This document shows positions 43,301 through 53,167 of a stretch of DNA of 64,000 nucleotides, one piece after another. Within the stretch, counting starts at the first letter, position 1. Each line of letters starts with the position of its first letter. Source of the stretch: an uncultured Haliea sp. (lineage in GTDB: Bacteria; Pseudomonadota; Gammaproteobacteria; Pseudomonadales; Halieaceae); the NCBI GenBank assembly GCA_913062625.1, contig CAJXWP010000003.1, positions 5,640 to 69,639 of the forward strand, in the 5' to 3' direction. The position numbers and the translations under genes are program-made. The notes below the pieces were generated by a model, which saw nothing but the letters and a program-made list of their open reading frames with translations, was not told the DNA's origin and did no database searches.

Positions 43301-43406
43301 CATTGTGGAAACTAAAGATAACGTCACCCATGTGATCGCCGGCGCTCTGTACGATTATTCTCATGAGCTGGGCAATTTGTCTGTACAGTCACATGACTTT
43401 CACTAA
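40305..43406 (+). CDS. dnaE2: Error-prone DNA polymerase DnaE2 (ImuC)
   Basis: YAELHCLSCYSFLR, GRGSAANS, PDIDVD, YGFPESH, QRPGTASG, C-terminal SHDFH. Confidence 0.97.
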   Translation: MSSYAELHCLSCYSFLRSASHPHELVERAAVLGYRALAITDECSFAGIVKAHVAAKEAGIQLIIGSELILEEGIRLVVLVPTRDAYSELSGLISMARRRSPKGEYRVTLRDVIFHLKRCLLIWLPQVNDENSRAYGLQLKRLCKGRLWLGVNHLLGNNEVQRYLTLQQLAQALDIPMLACGDVRMHTAKRKPLHDVFTALYHGTSIAQLGRRRLGNSQQHLRTIDKLQWLYPPELLEQTLHIASLCNFSLDELRYEYPEEVVPSGYHANQYLRELVTTGSDARWPRGIPIKIQQSIDKELALIEELHYEYYFLTVYDIVRFARSRDILCQGRGSAANSVVCYCLFITEVSPEQISLLFERFISKERDEPPDIDVDFEHERREEVIQYIYDKYSRKRAALAATVITYRSRSAVRDVGKALGLDPVFVDDLAKSMAWWDRSADLNKRFEEQGVASHSRQAELFYSLVQQILGFPRHLSQHVGGFVITRSPISTLVPVENASMAERTIIQWDKEDIESMGLLKVDILALGMLSAIRKSLQMVQRYCPTIRTVSDIPKDDQSTYRMLQIADTIGVFQIESRAQMSMLPRLKPECFYDLVIQVAIVRPGPIQGDMVHPYLRRKQGLEAATYPDDAIKEVLERTLGVPIFQEQVIKLAMVAAGFSGGEADQLRRAITSWGRNSKLLTFEEKLTQGMIERGYSEDFSRRLFEQIKGFGGYGFPESHSASFALLAYISAWLKCHHPAAFVAGLLNSQPMGFYSPSQLIQDARRHGVTVLSIDVNHSDWDHQLLDSRFAQQNQPALRLGLRLVRGLSRQGAQRVIEARQRNPFRQISHLRQWAALNKRDMEALADADALQSLSGHRHQSQWQIMALEQPKPLLRDEQYQNASYFDDGVQLPAPQIAEEVLSDYRATGLTLRAHPLSLLRDRAPFNRCKRHTDLASIGHKRFVRIAGLVTCRQRPGTASGVLFLTLEDETGNSNIVVWERTQQHFRQALMNGKLLLINGIVETKDNVTHVIAGALYDYSHELGNLSVQSHDFH

Positions 43407-43478
43407 CGTATTATGCACTGCAACGCTGACAAAGGGCTCACCGCCCTCAACGTACGCTCTCCATAATAGAAGAAAAAC

Positions 43479-44705
43479 TCAACCATCCGCCAAAAAGGGA
43501 TCGCACTCCAGCGTGCGAAGTGTCGCGACCAAAAAGCTGGCGCCTACCAGCACTGTCCCAACTGCCGCCGTATCGAAGGCTTCCGGACCCGCGTCAACAA
43601 TAGCCTGAAGATCAACCAAAAACTGCTCAGCCGTTACCTGCGCCTCCGGCGGAAACCGCCCAATGTCAGATTGTGCGGCTTCGACAATAGGCAATAATTC
43701 TTCAGCATCTTCATAAACACTAAGCGGAGCCTCATCATCGAACACTGGCACGTCATCGGTCACCACAAGCCTTCGAATCAACGCGTTTGCAGTACGAATC
43801 TGCTGCTCAAGCTTAGGGAAATCAACCGCGTCGATATCATCTTTCACCGTGTGATAGCAACCATTGTTAGCGTCAGTAAAGAACACCGCGGGAACACCAG
43901 AGCGCGCCAGCACAGCATGATCGCTGCGCCCTTGTCCGAAGATCAAACTTAACATTACTGTATCTAGGCTGGATGATTCTCTTGCCTGATCTGAGGCTTC
44001 GATAAGATTCGCACCGCCCGTTTCAGCACCCACCAGTACTGTGTAATTCCTCAGCGACGGAAGTAAATTAGCGCCCTGAATATCAAAGTTCACGTAGGCA
44101 ATCATTTTTCCCAATGGAATGACAGGATTCTCGACATAGTATTGCGAGCCGACAAGGCCGTCTTCCTCTCCATCCCACAGCGTCACGATAATGGAACGGC
44201 GCGGAACACCGTCGGCAACAATGGATCGCACAATGTCGATGACAGCCGCAACACCTGCTGCGTTATCGCTGGCTCCGTTACAAATATCATCCTCAGCTGT
44301 TTTTCCCTCACAGACATCGTCAGAGCCATGACCATCGTAGTGCGCCCCGATCATGACATATTCATCTGCCAGTTCCCCGCCAGGGACAACGGCAAGAAAG
44401 TTGGTACCCACATCATAGTGCTGAAGATAGCCTTCTATGCCCTGCGCTGCAGGAAATATTGGCTGAGCAATCTTCGCCAGCTCCTCATAAAGAAAAGACT
44501 GTGCCAGCAAGGAGCCGGGTGACAGGTTGTCACGCCCACCCATCTCATCCGCGGCAAGCGTCTCTACTATAAGGAAGACACTTGAATCGGCTCCACTGAA
44601 AGTCGTCTCGGAGTCGCCCGAGCAACCGACTATCGTAAAAATTGTTGCCATGCATGCCGTTATGACTTTATGACGCATCAACATTCCCCTTGGGATGGTT
44701 TTCAA
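43479..44705 (-). CDS. M28 family peptidase lipoprotein
   Basis: Lipobox IVGC, GAHYD, GASDNAAG, WDGEEDGLVGS, RSDH, YHT. Confidence 0.88.
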   Translation of the reverse strand: MKTIPRGMLMRHKVITACMATIFTIVGCSGDSETTFSGADSSVFLIVETLAADEMGGRDNLSPGSLLAQSFLYEELAKIAQPIFPAAQGIEGYLQHYDVGTNFLAVVPGGELADEYVMIGAHYDGHGSDDVCEGKTAEDDICNGASDNAAGVAAVIDIVRSIVADGVPRRSIIVTLWDGEEDGLVGSQYYVENPVIPLGKMIAYVNFDIQGANLLPSLRNYTVLVGAETGGANLIEASDQARESSSLDTVMLSLIFGQGRSDHAVLARSGVPAVFFTDANNGCYHTVKDDIDAVDFPKLEQQIRTANALIRRLVVTDDVPVFDDEAPLSVYEDAEELLPIVEAAQSDIGRFPPEAQVTAEQFLVDLQAIVDAGPEAFDTAAVGTVLVGASFLVATLRTLECDPFLADG

Positions 44706-45017
44706 CGCATCTTACAATACGTATAGAATATAAAATAGGCCGAAGTGAGCCTGCTTTCTGACTGATTCTATTAGATAGATTTGCGAAGTTCACAAAATGC
44801 CCGCCGGACATAATCAGCAATGCTGGCTCTATTTTTACTTCAGGTTTAAATCACTCTAGCAGCGCCGTCTATTGCACTAACCGCAAGCAAAATGGCTAAG
44901 TCAGGCACATCAGGCGTGTTGAGGTATCCGAATTAGAACTCACAATAGCACCTGTGCTTTGCCTGTCTGGCACAAACATCAGGAACAGCCATAACCGAGG
45001 CCGCCCCTGTAAAACAA

Positions 45018-46238
45018 CTACAGAGGCGATCGCCCTTTGTTCGCAGCAATGCGCATCCGCAGTGCATTGAGTTTAATGAAACCCTCTGCGTCGGCCTGAT
45101 TGTAAGCGCCGGCGTCCTCGTCAAAGGTAGCAATGTGCTCATCGAATAGACTGTCATTGGATTGACGGCCGGCGACAATTACATTGCCCTTATAGAGTTT
45201 GAGTCGCACCTTACCGTTCACCATTGTCTGGGAATCGTCAATGGCAACCTGCAGCATCCTGCGCTCGGGCGACCACCAGTAGCCATTGTAGATAAGCTTA
45301 GCGTAGCGCGGCATCAACTCGTCCTTTAGATGGGTCGCCTCCCGGTCCAGCGTCAAAGACTCAATAGCCCTGTGCGCCTTTAGCAGGATGGTGCCGCCGG
45401 GTGTTTCATAACACCCGCGCGCTTTCATCCCAACGTAACGGTTTTCTACAATATCGGCACGGCCAATGCCATTGGCCCCGCCGACCTTGTTTAGGTGCTC
45501 GAGCAAAATAGCCGGACTCATCGTCTCGCCATTGACTGCCACGGGGTCACCGCGCTCAAAATCAAGCTCAATATAAGTCGCCGTCTCTGGCGCTGCTTCC
45601 GGACTGACACTCCAGCGCCACATATCCTCCTCAGGCGCCGTCCAGGGGTCTTCCAACAGATCACCCTCATACGAGATGTGTAGGAGGTTGGCATCCATAG
45701 AGTAGGGAGATTTTTTCTTCGCAGTGGAAAAATCCACAGGAATATCGCGGCTCTTACAGTAAGCCATTAAGGATTCTCGTGAAGTCAGGTCCCATTCACG
45801 CCAGGGTGCGATAACTTTTATACCCGGTTTTAAAGCATATGCACCGAGTTCGAAACGCACCTGATCATTGCCTTTACCTGTCGCACCGTGAGAAATCGCA
45901 GAAGCACCGGTCTCATTGGCAATCTCAATCAGTCGTTTAGCTATCAGCGGGCGAGCAATAGAGGTACCGAGGAGATACTCCCCTTCATAAATAGTATTGG
46001 CACGAAACATTGGAAAAACAAAGTCGCGCACGAACTCCTCACGCAGGTCGTCGATATAGATTTCTTTGACGCCCATCGCCTGTGCCTTGGCACGTGCGGG
46101 TTCGACTTCCTCGCCCTGGCCAATATCGGCCGTGAACGTCACCACTTCACAGTCGTAGTTATCCTGCAACCAGCGAACAATGACTGACGTGTCCAGACCA
46201 CCGGAATACGCCAACACAACCTTGTTTACATCTGACAT
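45018..46238 (-). CDS. argG: Argininosuccinate synthase
   Basis: [31 protein letters not shown]. Confidence 0.97.
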   Translation of the reverse strand: MSDVNKVVLAYSGGLDTSVIVRWLQDNYDCEVVTFTADIGQGEEVEPARAKAQAMGVKEIYIDDLREEFVRDFVFPMFRANTIYEGEYLLGTSIARPLIAKRLIEIANETGASAISHGATGKGNDQVRFELGAYALKPGIKVIAPWREWDLTSRESLMAYCKSRDIPVDFSTAKKKSPYSMDANLLHISYEGDLLEDPWTAPEEDMWRWSVSPEAAPETATYIELDFERGDPVAVNGETMSPAILLEHLNKVGGANGIGRADIVENRYVGMKARGCYETPGGTILLKAHRAIESLTLDREATHLKDELMPRYAKLIYNGYWWSPERRMLQVAIDDSQTMVNGKVRLKLYKGNVIVAGRQSNDSLFDEHIATFDEDAGAYNQADAEGFIKLNALRMRIAANKGRSPL

Positions 46239-46396
46239 TGGGTGCTCCTCAGAGCTAGGGTCAAAGCGGCCGCACAGTCTAACGCTGGAGAGGTTTAATT
46301 CCCAGCCCCCAATCTCTTAAAGGAGACCGCACAATGAAGAGTCTACCCTCTTTTGTGGTAGAATCTTGATCTGTCTTTTATTTCACAAGGTTCCCC

Positions 46397-47449
46397 GTGA
46401 TCGAACTGACCATTACTCGTCCCGATGACTGGCACGTGCACCTAAGGGATGGGGCTGCTTTGCAAAACACCTGTGCAGACCTCGCGCGTTACTTCGGTCG
46501 AGCGGTCGTTATGCCCAACATCGCGCCCCCGGCAGAAACGGTTGCACAGGCGCTCGAATATCGTGATCGAATCACGGACGCCATGAGCACGCTGCCACGC
46601 CAGTTTGAACCGCTGATGGTGCTTTATCTGACTGATCAGACCACTACAGCCGAGGTCCGCTTGGCCGCCGCCACCGCAAGTGTGCATGCCGTCAAACTGT
46701 ATCCGGCGGGCGCAACTACCAACTCTGCGGCAGGCGTGACTGAATTGGAAAAACTCTTTCCGACTCTGGCCGCTATGGAAGAGGCTGACCTACCCTTATT
46801 GATTCACGGCGAGGTCACTGATCGTGATATCGACATTTTCGATCGGGAAAAGGTCTTCATTGATCGACATCTGACCCGAATCGCAGCACGTTTCCCGTCG
46901 CTGCGTATTGTGCTGGAACATATCACCACCGCCGATGCCGTGCAGTTCGTCAGCGCCGCAGGCACGAATATCGCCGCGACTATTACGCCACACCATTTAA
47001 TGTTCAACCGCAACGATATGCTGGTGGGTAGCATCCGACCCCACTATTATTGTCTGCCTATACTCAAACGCAATACTCATCAGGAAGCGCTGCAGGCAGC
47101 TGCAATTTCAGGTAACCCCAAATTCTTTTTGGGATCAGATTCCGCGCCCCATAGCACCGCCAGCAAAGAGAACAGCTGTGGCTGCGCCGGCATATACTCC
47201 GCCCATGCGGCACTCGAATTTTACGTCGAAGTGTTTGAAAAACTCGACTCTCTAGAGAAGCTGGAGCCCTTCGCATCCCACTTTGGAGCGGATTTCTACC
47301 GCTTACCCCGCAACGAGGATACAATTACTTTGCGTAAAAAAAGTTGGGAAATTCCGGCAAAAATTCCTCTGGGAACAACTACGCTAACGCCGCTGCGCGC
47401 CTCAGAATCAGTCGCCTGGCAGGTCGTTAATGCCGGAGCCAGCGCGTGA
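46397..47449 (+). CDS. pyrC: Dihydroorotase
   Basis: [29 protein letters not shown]. Confidence 0.97.
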   Translation: MIELTITRPDDWHVHLRDGAALQNTCADLARYFGRAVVMPNIAPPAETVAQALEYRDRITDAMSTLPRQFEPLMVLYLTDQTTTAEVRLAAATASVHAVKLYPAGATTNSAAGVTELEKLFPTLAAMEEADLPLLIHGEVTDRDIDIFDREKVFIDRHLTRIAARFPSLRIVLEHITTADAVQFVSAAGTNIAATITPHHLMFNRNDMLVGSIRPHYYCLPILKRNTHQEALQAAAISGNPKFFLGSDSAPHSTASKENSCGCAGIYSAHAALEFYVEVFEKLDSLEKLEPFASHFGADFYRLPRNEDTITLRKKSWEIPAKIPLGTTTLTPLRASESVAWQVVNAGASA

Positions 47450-48081
47450 AAATCATTACGAAACACGAAATCAACGATCGCTTCCGCGGATTTCTACCCG
47501 TAATAATTGATGTGGAGACCGGTGGCTTCATTGCAGGCACCGATGCCTTATTGGAAGTGGGCGCAACCACCGTGCGCATGGATGACGACGGGCAACTGGC
47601 GGTACACCGCACCTACAATTACCATGTCCAACCCTTTGAAGGGGCAAATATCGAGCAAGCGGCGCTAGATTTCACTGGCATAGACCCCTATCACCCCTTT
47701 AGGGAGGCTGTCACGGAAGAAGAGGCCTTGGGAGAATTATTCAACGTCGTGCGTAAGGAGATCCGCGACCGACAATGTACCCGCGCCATCCTCGTTGGAC
47801 ACAATGCGCACTTCGACGCGGGCTTTATCACTGCGGCAGCGGAGCGCTGCGGCATCAAGCGCAATCCGTTCCACCCCTTTTCATTTTTCGACACGGCTAC
47901 TATGGCCGGTCTGGCGTTCGGGCAAACCGTATTAGCCAAAGCCTGCGCGGAAGCCGGCATTGCTTTTGACAACAACGAAGCACACTCCGCTGCCTATGAT
48001 GCGGAACGCACAGCAGAATTGTTTTGTGACATCGTCAACCGCTGGAAAGAATCGGGCGGGTGGTTACCCGAGTTTAGCTGA
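47446..48081 (+). CDS. rnt: Ribonuclease T
   Basis: [31 protein letters not shown]. Confidence 0.96.
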   Translation: MKIITKHEINDRFRGFLPVIIDVETGGFIAGTDALLEVGATTVRMDDDGQLAVHRTYNYHVQPFEGANIEQAALDFTGIDPYHPFREAVTEEEALGELFNVVRKEIRDRQCTRAILVGHNAHFDAGFITAAAERCGIKRNPFHPFSFFDTATMAGLAFGQTVLAKACAEAGIAFDNNEAHSAAYDAERTAELFCDIVNRWKESGGWLPEFS

Positions 48082-48085
48082 CGCG

Positions 48086-48101
48086 CGGGGCATAAGCCCC
48101 G
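48086..48101. terminator. Hairpin between convergent rnt and LON-N genes
   Basis: CGGGGC-ATAA-GCCCCG; no clear U-tract. Confidence 0.45.
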
Positions 48102-48102
48102 A

Positions 48103-48699
48103 CTAGTCTTCTCCACTAATCTCGTTTAGCAGAAGATGCAACTCCGACATTACTCCCTCAATGTTATCGATACCCAGCAACTCGTACTTCACAGACTCCT
48201 CCAGCGGCAACAGCTGCAACAGCGTATAGCCGACCTGCCAGGCATCATTGTAATCCACGTGAAGCTTCATGCGTTGAACATGCGGATGTGTCTCGAGGCT
48301 GCGCAGTACGTCCAGCAATGACAACCAGTCTTCAGACAGAGGTGTCGCAACGGTAGGCTGCAGCAGGTCAACTTGCCCCACGACTAAGCCATTAGAGCGC
48401 GTGTGAGTCTTGCGCAACTCAAAGCGCTGGGCTCCTTCGATGGTAATGCCCAGTAAACCGTTCGACAATTGATCCCAGTCCACGATACGAGCACAAGTGC
48501 CGTAGTCGCCCAACTCCGGTGCCGCACGACCACGCTGCCCGACCTCCCCACCATGGCGTATCCACACCACCCCGAAGTGACTATCAGCCTTCATGCTTTG
48601 GCGCACCAAATCCAGATAACGCTGTTCAAAAATCTTTAGCGACACGCGGCCAAAAGGTAGTAGCACCCCCGACAGCGGAAACAACGATAGCTCAGTCAT
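48103..48699 (-). CDS. LON peptidase substrate-binding domain protein
   Basis: LFPLSGVLLPFG...IFEQRYLDLV, GAQRF. Confidence 0.88.
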   Translation of the reverse strand: MTELSLFPLSGVLLPFGRVSLKIFEQRYLDLVRQSMKADSHFGVVWIRHGGEVGQRGRAAPELGDYGTCARIVDWDQLSNGLLGITIEGAQRFELRKTHTRSNGLVVGQVDLLQPTVATPLSEDWLSLLDVLRSLETHPHVQRMKLHVDYNDAWQVGYTLLQLLPLEESVKYELLGIDNIEGVMSELHLLLNEISGED

Positions 48700-48977
48700 G
48701 CATCACCTTCGAGAACCACCACGTCTGGCAAACTTTGCACCTCAAGTTGGGCCAGCCGAAGCAGCGCCTGCTCACGATTATCACCGCAGAATTCGCGTTC
48801 CGCTTTAAAAGCATCACACAGATCCGGACGTCGCGCATCGCCAAACAAGATACAGCGCATGTTTGGGCTCAGATGAACACAGGGCACGCCAGCCGGTTTG
48901 CCGTTTGGCATAGCGTAAAAAGGCTGATGAATTGAGATGGCAATACAACAGGCGCCACAGTCTACTCGGCACTCCAT
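48696..48977 (-). CDS. YkgJ-family Cys-cluster protein
   Basis: CRVDCGACC...GKPAGVPC...RP.LC. Confidence 0.88.
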   Translation of the reverse strand: MECRVDCGACCIAISIHQPFYAMPNGKPAGVPCVHLSPNMRCILFGDARRPDLCDAFKAEREFCGDNREQALLRLAQLEVQSLPDVVVLEGDA

Positions 48978-49023
48978 CAGACGCGAGGCCGCTGCGCTCG
49001 TCCGAATTTAACGCCAAGCCAGT

Positions 49024-51603
49024 TCACGCGATGCTCTCAGGACCCAAGGGTTTGAACACGAGAATTAAACGTGGCAGGAGTAACAACGCACCCAATACCG
49101 CAGCTGCCATGGCCAGCACCGTGAGCAGTCCGAAATAAATACTGGGATTAAAATTGGACAGCGTGAGAGTGGAAAATCCAACCACGACCGTCAGTGTCGT
49201 GTAGTACATCGCACGACCGATGCTATTGTGACAGCGATACATGGCGGCACAATAATCCCGATCTACCGCAAACTCCTTGATAAATCGGTGAACGTAATGA
49301 ATGCAATCATCGACACCGATGCCCACTACGATAGCGGCAATAGTAATCGTCATGATATCCAACGGAATGCCCAAAATTCCCATAGCGCCCAATACCAGGC
49401 CCGCGGCTAGCATATTGGGCGCCAACGTGATTAACGCCAGTGACAGTGAACGAAACAACAGCAGGAACATAATAAGAATGGCGCCAAAGACAGCACCAAG
49501 CGTAAGTATCTGTGACTGGAACAGACTTTGTAACACATTATTATAAAGCACCAGCATACCAGTGAACTGTATCCGCTCCGGTGCCAAACCAAGAGGCCCT
49601 TCAAGGTGCTCACGCACGCTACGCAGAAACTCATCGCGGCGCAGGTCTTTACTGGTTTCTCTTACACGCACCGTCAATCTTACCTGTTCATTCTGTTCAG
49701 AAAAATACGGCGAGACCATCAGTTCTTTCAAGTCATCGGGAAAGCTCTTTTGTACAATCGCCAGTTCGACGCCACCGATATCTTGCCCCATCAAATCTTT
49801 CACCACCGCGAATACGGTTGACAGCGATAGCACCTTACCCGCCTCAGGCAAGGAGTCGATGTAGTTGTGCACGCGATCAAGCTCGCGCATACCCGCCAGA
49901 CTAAACCAGTAGCTGGGTTGAAAATTGTCTGTTGAACTGGCGAACGCATCCGTGTCACTTGCGAACTCATCGTCCCAGTCATCATCACCAAAATCATCGT
50001 CTAGGGCGAAGGGATCATCGGCGGACATTGGCAATGCTTCCGAGTTGGACGCCACCATCTCTAACCCCGGTAATGGCGCATCTCTGTCGGGGGGCGAAAT
50101 TATAATATCCAGAGGGATGGTGCCACCTAGCATGGTGTCCAACAATTCCATACCCTGATAGATTTCCGTGGTTTTTTTAAAGTAATCAATGAAACGATTT
50201 TCTACCTGAAGACGACTAATGCCAACCACGACAAGAACAACCAACAGGCCACTGACCAACAATACACTGTTTCCGTGCCGGTCGGTCAGCCGAGCAAAAA
50301 ACGCAGTGAGTGCAGGATCACTTCCCGAGTGATGATGCGGTTTACCCTCTGGCCACACTAGCATCAGGCAGGGCACTACAATAAAAGACATCAGCAAAGC
50401 CACACACACACCCACCGTCATCATCCAGCCAAAATCGATGACCGGTTGGATGCCCGACACCACCAGAGACATGAACGCGACTATCGTCGTAAGACCGGTG
50501 TAAAAACACGGTACTGCCATCAGCTTCATGCTCTGCAGCACGCGCTCGTGAAAATCTCCGTCTGGATCCTCCGCATGTAACTCTCGGTAGCGCACTATCA
50601 GGTGTATTGCCATCGCCAGGGCGATGATAAGTAACACCGCAACAAAATTAGACGATATAACCGTCATGCGCCAGTCCAGCGCACCCAGCAGGCCAAGCAT
50701 GATCAAGACCGTCCCAGCACAGGTAACCAAAGGAATCACAACCCAACGCACGCGACGGAAAATAATCGCCAGAGCCACCATCATAATGCCCAAAATCGCG
50801 CTACCGAAAATCACAAGATCGTTACTGACGAAGCTCACCATGTCTGCAGCAATCATAGGCACCCCGCCGACAAACAATCGAGCGTCACCCGTATACTGGG
50901 CAGCTATTGCCCGCACGTTTTGCACAAGCAGCTGGTCACGTTCCAGCACGATCGCCGAGCGAATCTTGAACGCTGTCTCAACAGCCTCCAGATCCCTGCG
51001 CTGCGATGCCGAAAGATTTTCACGATTGCGCTCGGACCGAAGCGCTTCACGCGCATCCAGTAATTCGAAGTAGAGCTCGTCACGGTGAAGGTTGATCTGC
51101 ACCGCACTAATGAGCCCGTCGCGACTCACCAGCAGATCGGCATAAATCGGACTGGTGGTAAATTCTCGCAGGACCGTGTCCAAGTCTAGGTCGGGCTGAG
51201 CCAGCGTAGGCAGGGGGTCAACGGATATCATATCTGACAGCGTGACGGGCGGACTCTCCAACAGAGGCACATCCAAAATAGTGACAACAGAAGATACACC
51301 GTCCAGCATCCTCAATGCCTCAGCCATATCGCCCAGTGGCTCCAGCGACTGCGGCGATAGCAACGGTGCATTGGGCTGCCAAGTGATGAGCACGAAGTCT
51401 TCAGCGCTATACTCTTTGGAGACCTGCCGGTAGAACTCCAGAGAAGGGTCACCCTGCAACATTAAGGAGTCGGCAGAAGCATCGATTTTGATTTTATCGA
51501 GTTGCGTCGACATTGCTGCCAGCAACAGCGCCACTAGAAGCAGGGATAGCCACGGACGACGCAGCACCAACGCATCGTAAAAAGACGACAATGATGAATT
51601 CAT
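49024..51603 (-). CDS. MMPL/RND family transporter
   Basis: Two TM blocks, GVPMIAADM, GIGVDDCIH. Confidence 0.9.
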   Translation of the reverse strand: MNSSLSSFYDALVLRRPWLSLLLVALLLAAMSTQLDKIKIDASADSLMLQGDPSLEFYRQVSKEYSAEDFVLITWQPNAPLLSPQSLEPLGDMAEALRMLDGVSSVVTILDVPLLESPPVTLSDMISVDPLPTLAQPDLDLDTVLREFTTSPIYADLLVSRDGLISAVQINLHRDELYFELLDAREALRSERNRENLSASQRRDLEAVETAFKIRSAIVLERDQLLVQNVRAIAAQYTGDARLFVGGVPMIAADMVSFVSNDLVIFGSAILGIMMVALAIIFRRVRWVVIPLVTCAGTVLIMLGLLGALDWRMTVISSNFVAVLLIIALAMAIHLIVRYRELHAEDPDGDFHERVLQSMKLMAVPCFYTGLTTIVAFMSLVVSGIQPVIDFGWMMTVGVCVALLMSFIVVPCLMLVWPEGKPHHHSGSDPALTAFFARLTDRHGNSVLLVSGLLVVLVVVGISRLQVENRFIDYFKKTTEIYQGMELLDTMLGGTIPLDIIISPPDRDAPLPGLEMVASNSEALPMSADDPFALDDDFGDDDWDDEFASDTDAFASSTDNFQPSYWFSLAGMRELDRVHNYIDSLPEAGKVLSLSTVFAVVKDLMGQDIGGVELAIVQKSFPDDLKELMVSPYFSEQNEQVRLTVRVRETSKDLRRDEFLRSVREHLEGPLGLAPERIQFTGMLVLYNNVLQSLFQSQILTLGAVFGAILIMFLLLFRSLSLALITLAPNMLAAGLVLGAMGILGIPLDIMTITIAAIVVGIGVDDCIHYVHRFIKEFAVDRDYCAAMYRCHNSIGRAMYYTTLTVVVGFSTLTLSNFNPSIYFGLLTVLAMAAAVLGALLLLPRLILVFKPLGPESIA

Positions 51604-52985
51604 AGCGATGCTATATCCTGCAAATGATTCAGAAGTTTCTGGTGAACACCACCAAAGCCACCATTGCTCATGATGACAACCTGATCACCGGCAACGACCT
51701 CACCCGCAACCAACGTCACCAGCGCGTCTATATCGTCCACCAACGTCGCAGGCACCGGACTGTCCGCAACCAACGACTCCAGCGACCAGTCCATGCCCGC
51801 AGGCTGGAACCAGTAGACCGAATCCGCCTCCGCGGTGGCGCCAGCCAGATGTTGTCGATGCTCACCCATGCGCATGGTATTGGAGCGGGGCTCTACCAGT
51901 GCAATAACGCGACCACTCCCAGCGCGCGCACGCAGACCCTGCAATGTCGTTGCAATAGCCGTCGGGTGATGCGCAAAATCGTCATATATCGCGACACCGC
52001 CAGGCCTACCCAACAATTCAAGTCGACGCTTGACACCTTGGAATTTTTCAAGCGCCGCAACCGCCACATCAGGTGCAACGCCGGCATGTCGGGCTGCCAC
52101 TAGAGCCGCAAGCGCGTTTTCAATATTGTGGAGGCCACAGTGTGACCAACGGACATCGCTAGTCTTGCCGCCACCAGATGCCACGCGAAATGCCGAGCCG
52201 TCTTTTGCCAAGAGCTGCGCACTCCAGTCAGCAGTGTCGTTCTCGCCGATACCAAAAGACGTTGTGGGCGTCCAACAACCCATGGCCAGTGTCTCCTCAA
52301 TAGCCTCAACAGCATGGTGACACACAATGAGCCCATCACCCGGCACGCAGCGCACGACATGGTGAAACTGACGCTGAATTGCCGCCAAGTTATCAAAGAT
52401 GTCAGCGTGATCGAACTCTAGATTATTGATCGTCAGGGTACGCGGACGGTAATGAACAAATTTAGACCGCTTGTCGAAAAATGCGGTGTCGTACTCATCG
52501 GCCTCAACCACAAAAAAATCTGAATCACCACCGCGCGCCGAGACGCCAAAGTTCGCAGGCACTCCGCCAATTAAGAAGCCCGGCGCCAACCCTGCATATT
52601 CGAGTATCCAGGCCAACATACTACTGGTGGTGGTTTTGCCATGCGTGCCAGACACTGCCAATACCCATTTGCCTTGCAGCACTTGCTCTGCCAGCCACTG
52701 AGGCCCTGATGTGTAGGGCAGCCCCGTATTCAGCAAATACTCAACCAACGGGTTGCCGCGTGTCATCGCGTTGCCGACCACTACGCAATCCGGACGTGGC
52801 TGCAGATGCTCTGGGAAGTAACCTTCCATTAGCTCGATACCGGCGGCGCGTAGCTGAGTACTCATGGGAGGATAGACACTGGCATCAGAACCTGTCACCC
52901 GATAACCCAACTCCCTGGCCAGCAATGCGATGCCGCCCATGAACGTGCCACAAATGCCGAGAATATGAATGTGTCCTTTCAACAA
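51600..52985 (-). CDS. mpl: Murein peptide ligase Mpl
   Basis: HILGICGTFMGG, GTHGKTTT, EADEYD, DDFAHHPTA, EPRSNTM. Confidence 0.96.
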   Translation of the reverse strand: MLKGHIHILGICGTFMGGIALLARELGYRVTGSDASVYPPMSTQLRAAGIELMEGYFPEHLQPRPDCVVVGNAMTRGNPLVEYLLNTGLPYTSGPQWLAEQVLQGKWVLAVSGTHGKTTTSSMLAWILEYAGLAPGFLIGGVPANFGVSARGGDSDFFVVEADEYDTAFFDKRSKFVHYRPRTLTINNLEFDHADIFDNLAAIQRQFHHVVRCVPGDGLIVCHHAVEAIEETLAMGCWTPTTSFGIGENDTADWSAQLLAKDGSAFRVASGGGKTSDVRWSHCGLHNIENALAALVAARHAGVAPDVAVAALEKFQGVKRRLELLGRPGGVAIYDDFAHHPTAIATTLQGLRARAGSGRVIALVEPRSNTMRMGEHRQHLAGATAEADSVYWFQPAGMDWSLESLVADSPVPATLVDDIDALVTLVAGEVVAGDQVVIMSNGGFGGVHQKLLNHLQDIASL

Positions 52986-53167
52986 CTGCTCCCTCTATGC
53001 AGCGGGCATAATAGCATGCGCTCGTCGACGGCTACAGTCGGCGAAGCAAAACCACGGCGGCAGTCCACAAGTTGTGCCGATTGACGTATGATCTCACCTC
53101 AAACTAAGCCAAGTTATTAGCGTAGCGGGAGCATTTGCCGCTCCCTCCTATCAGGAATCGACACGAC

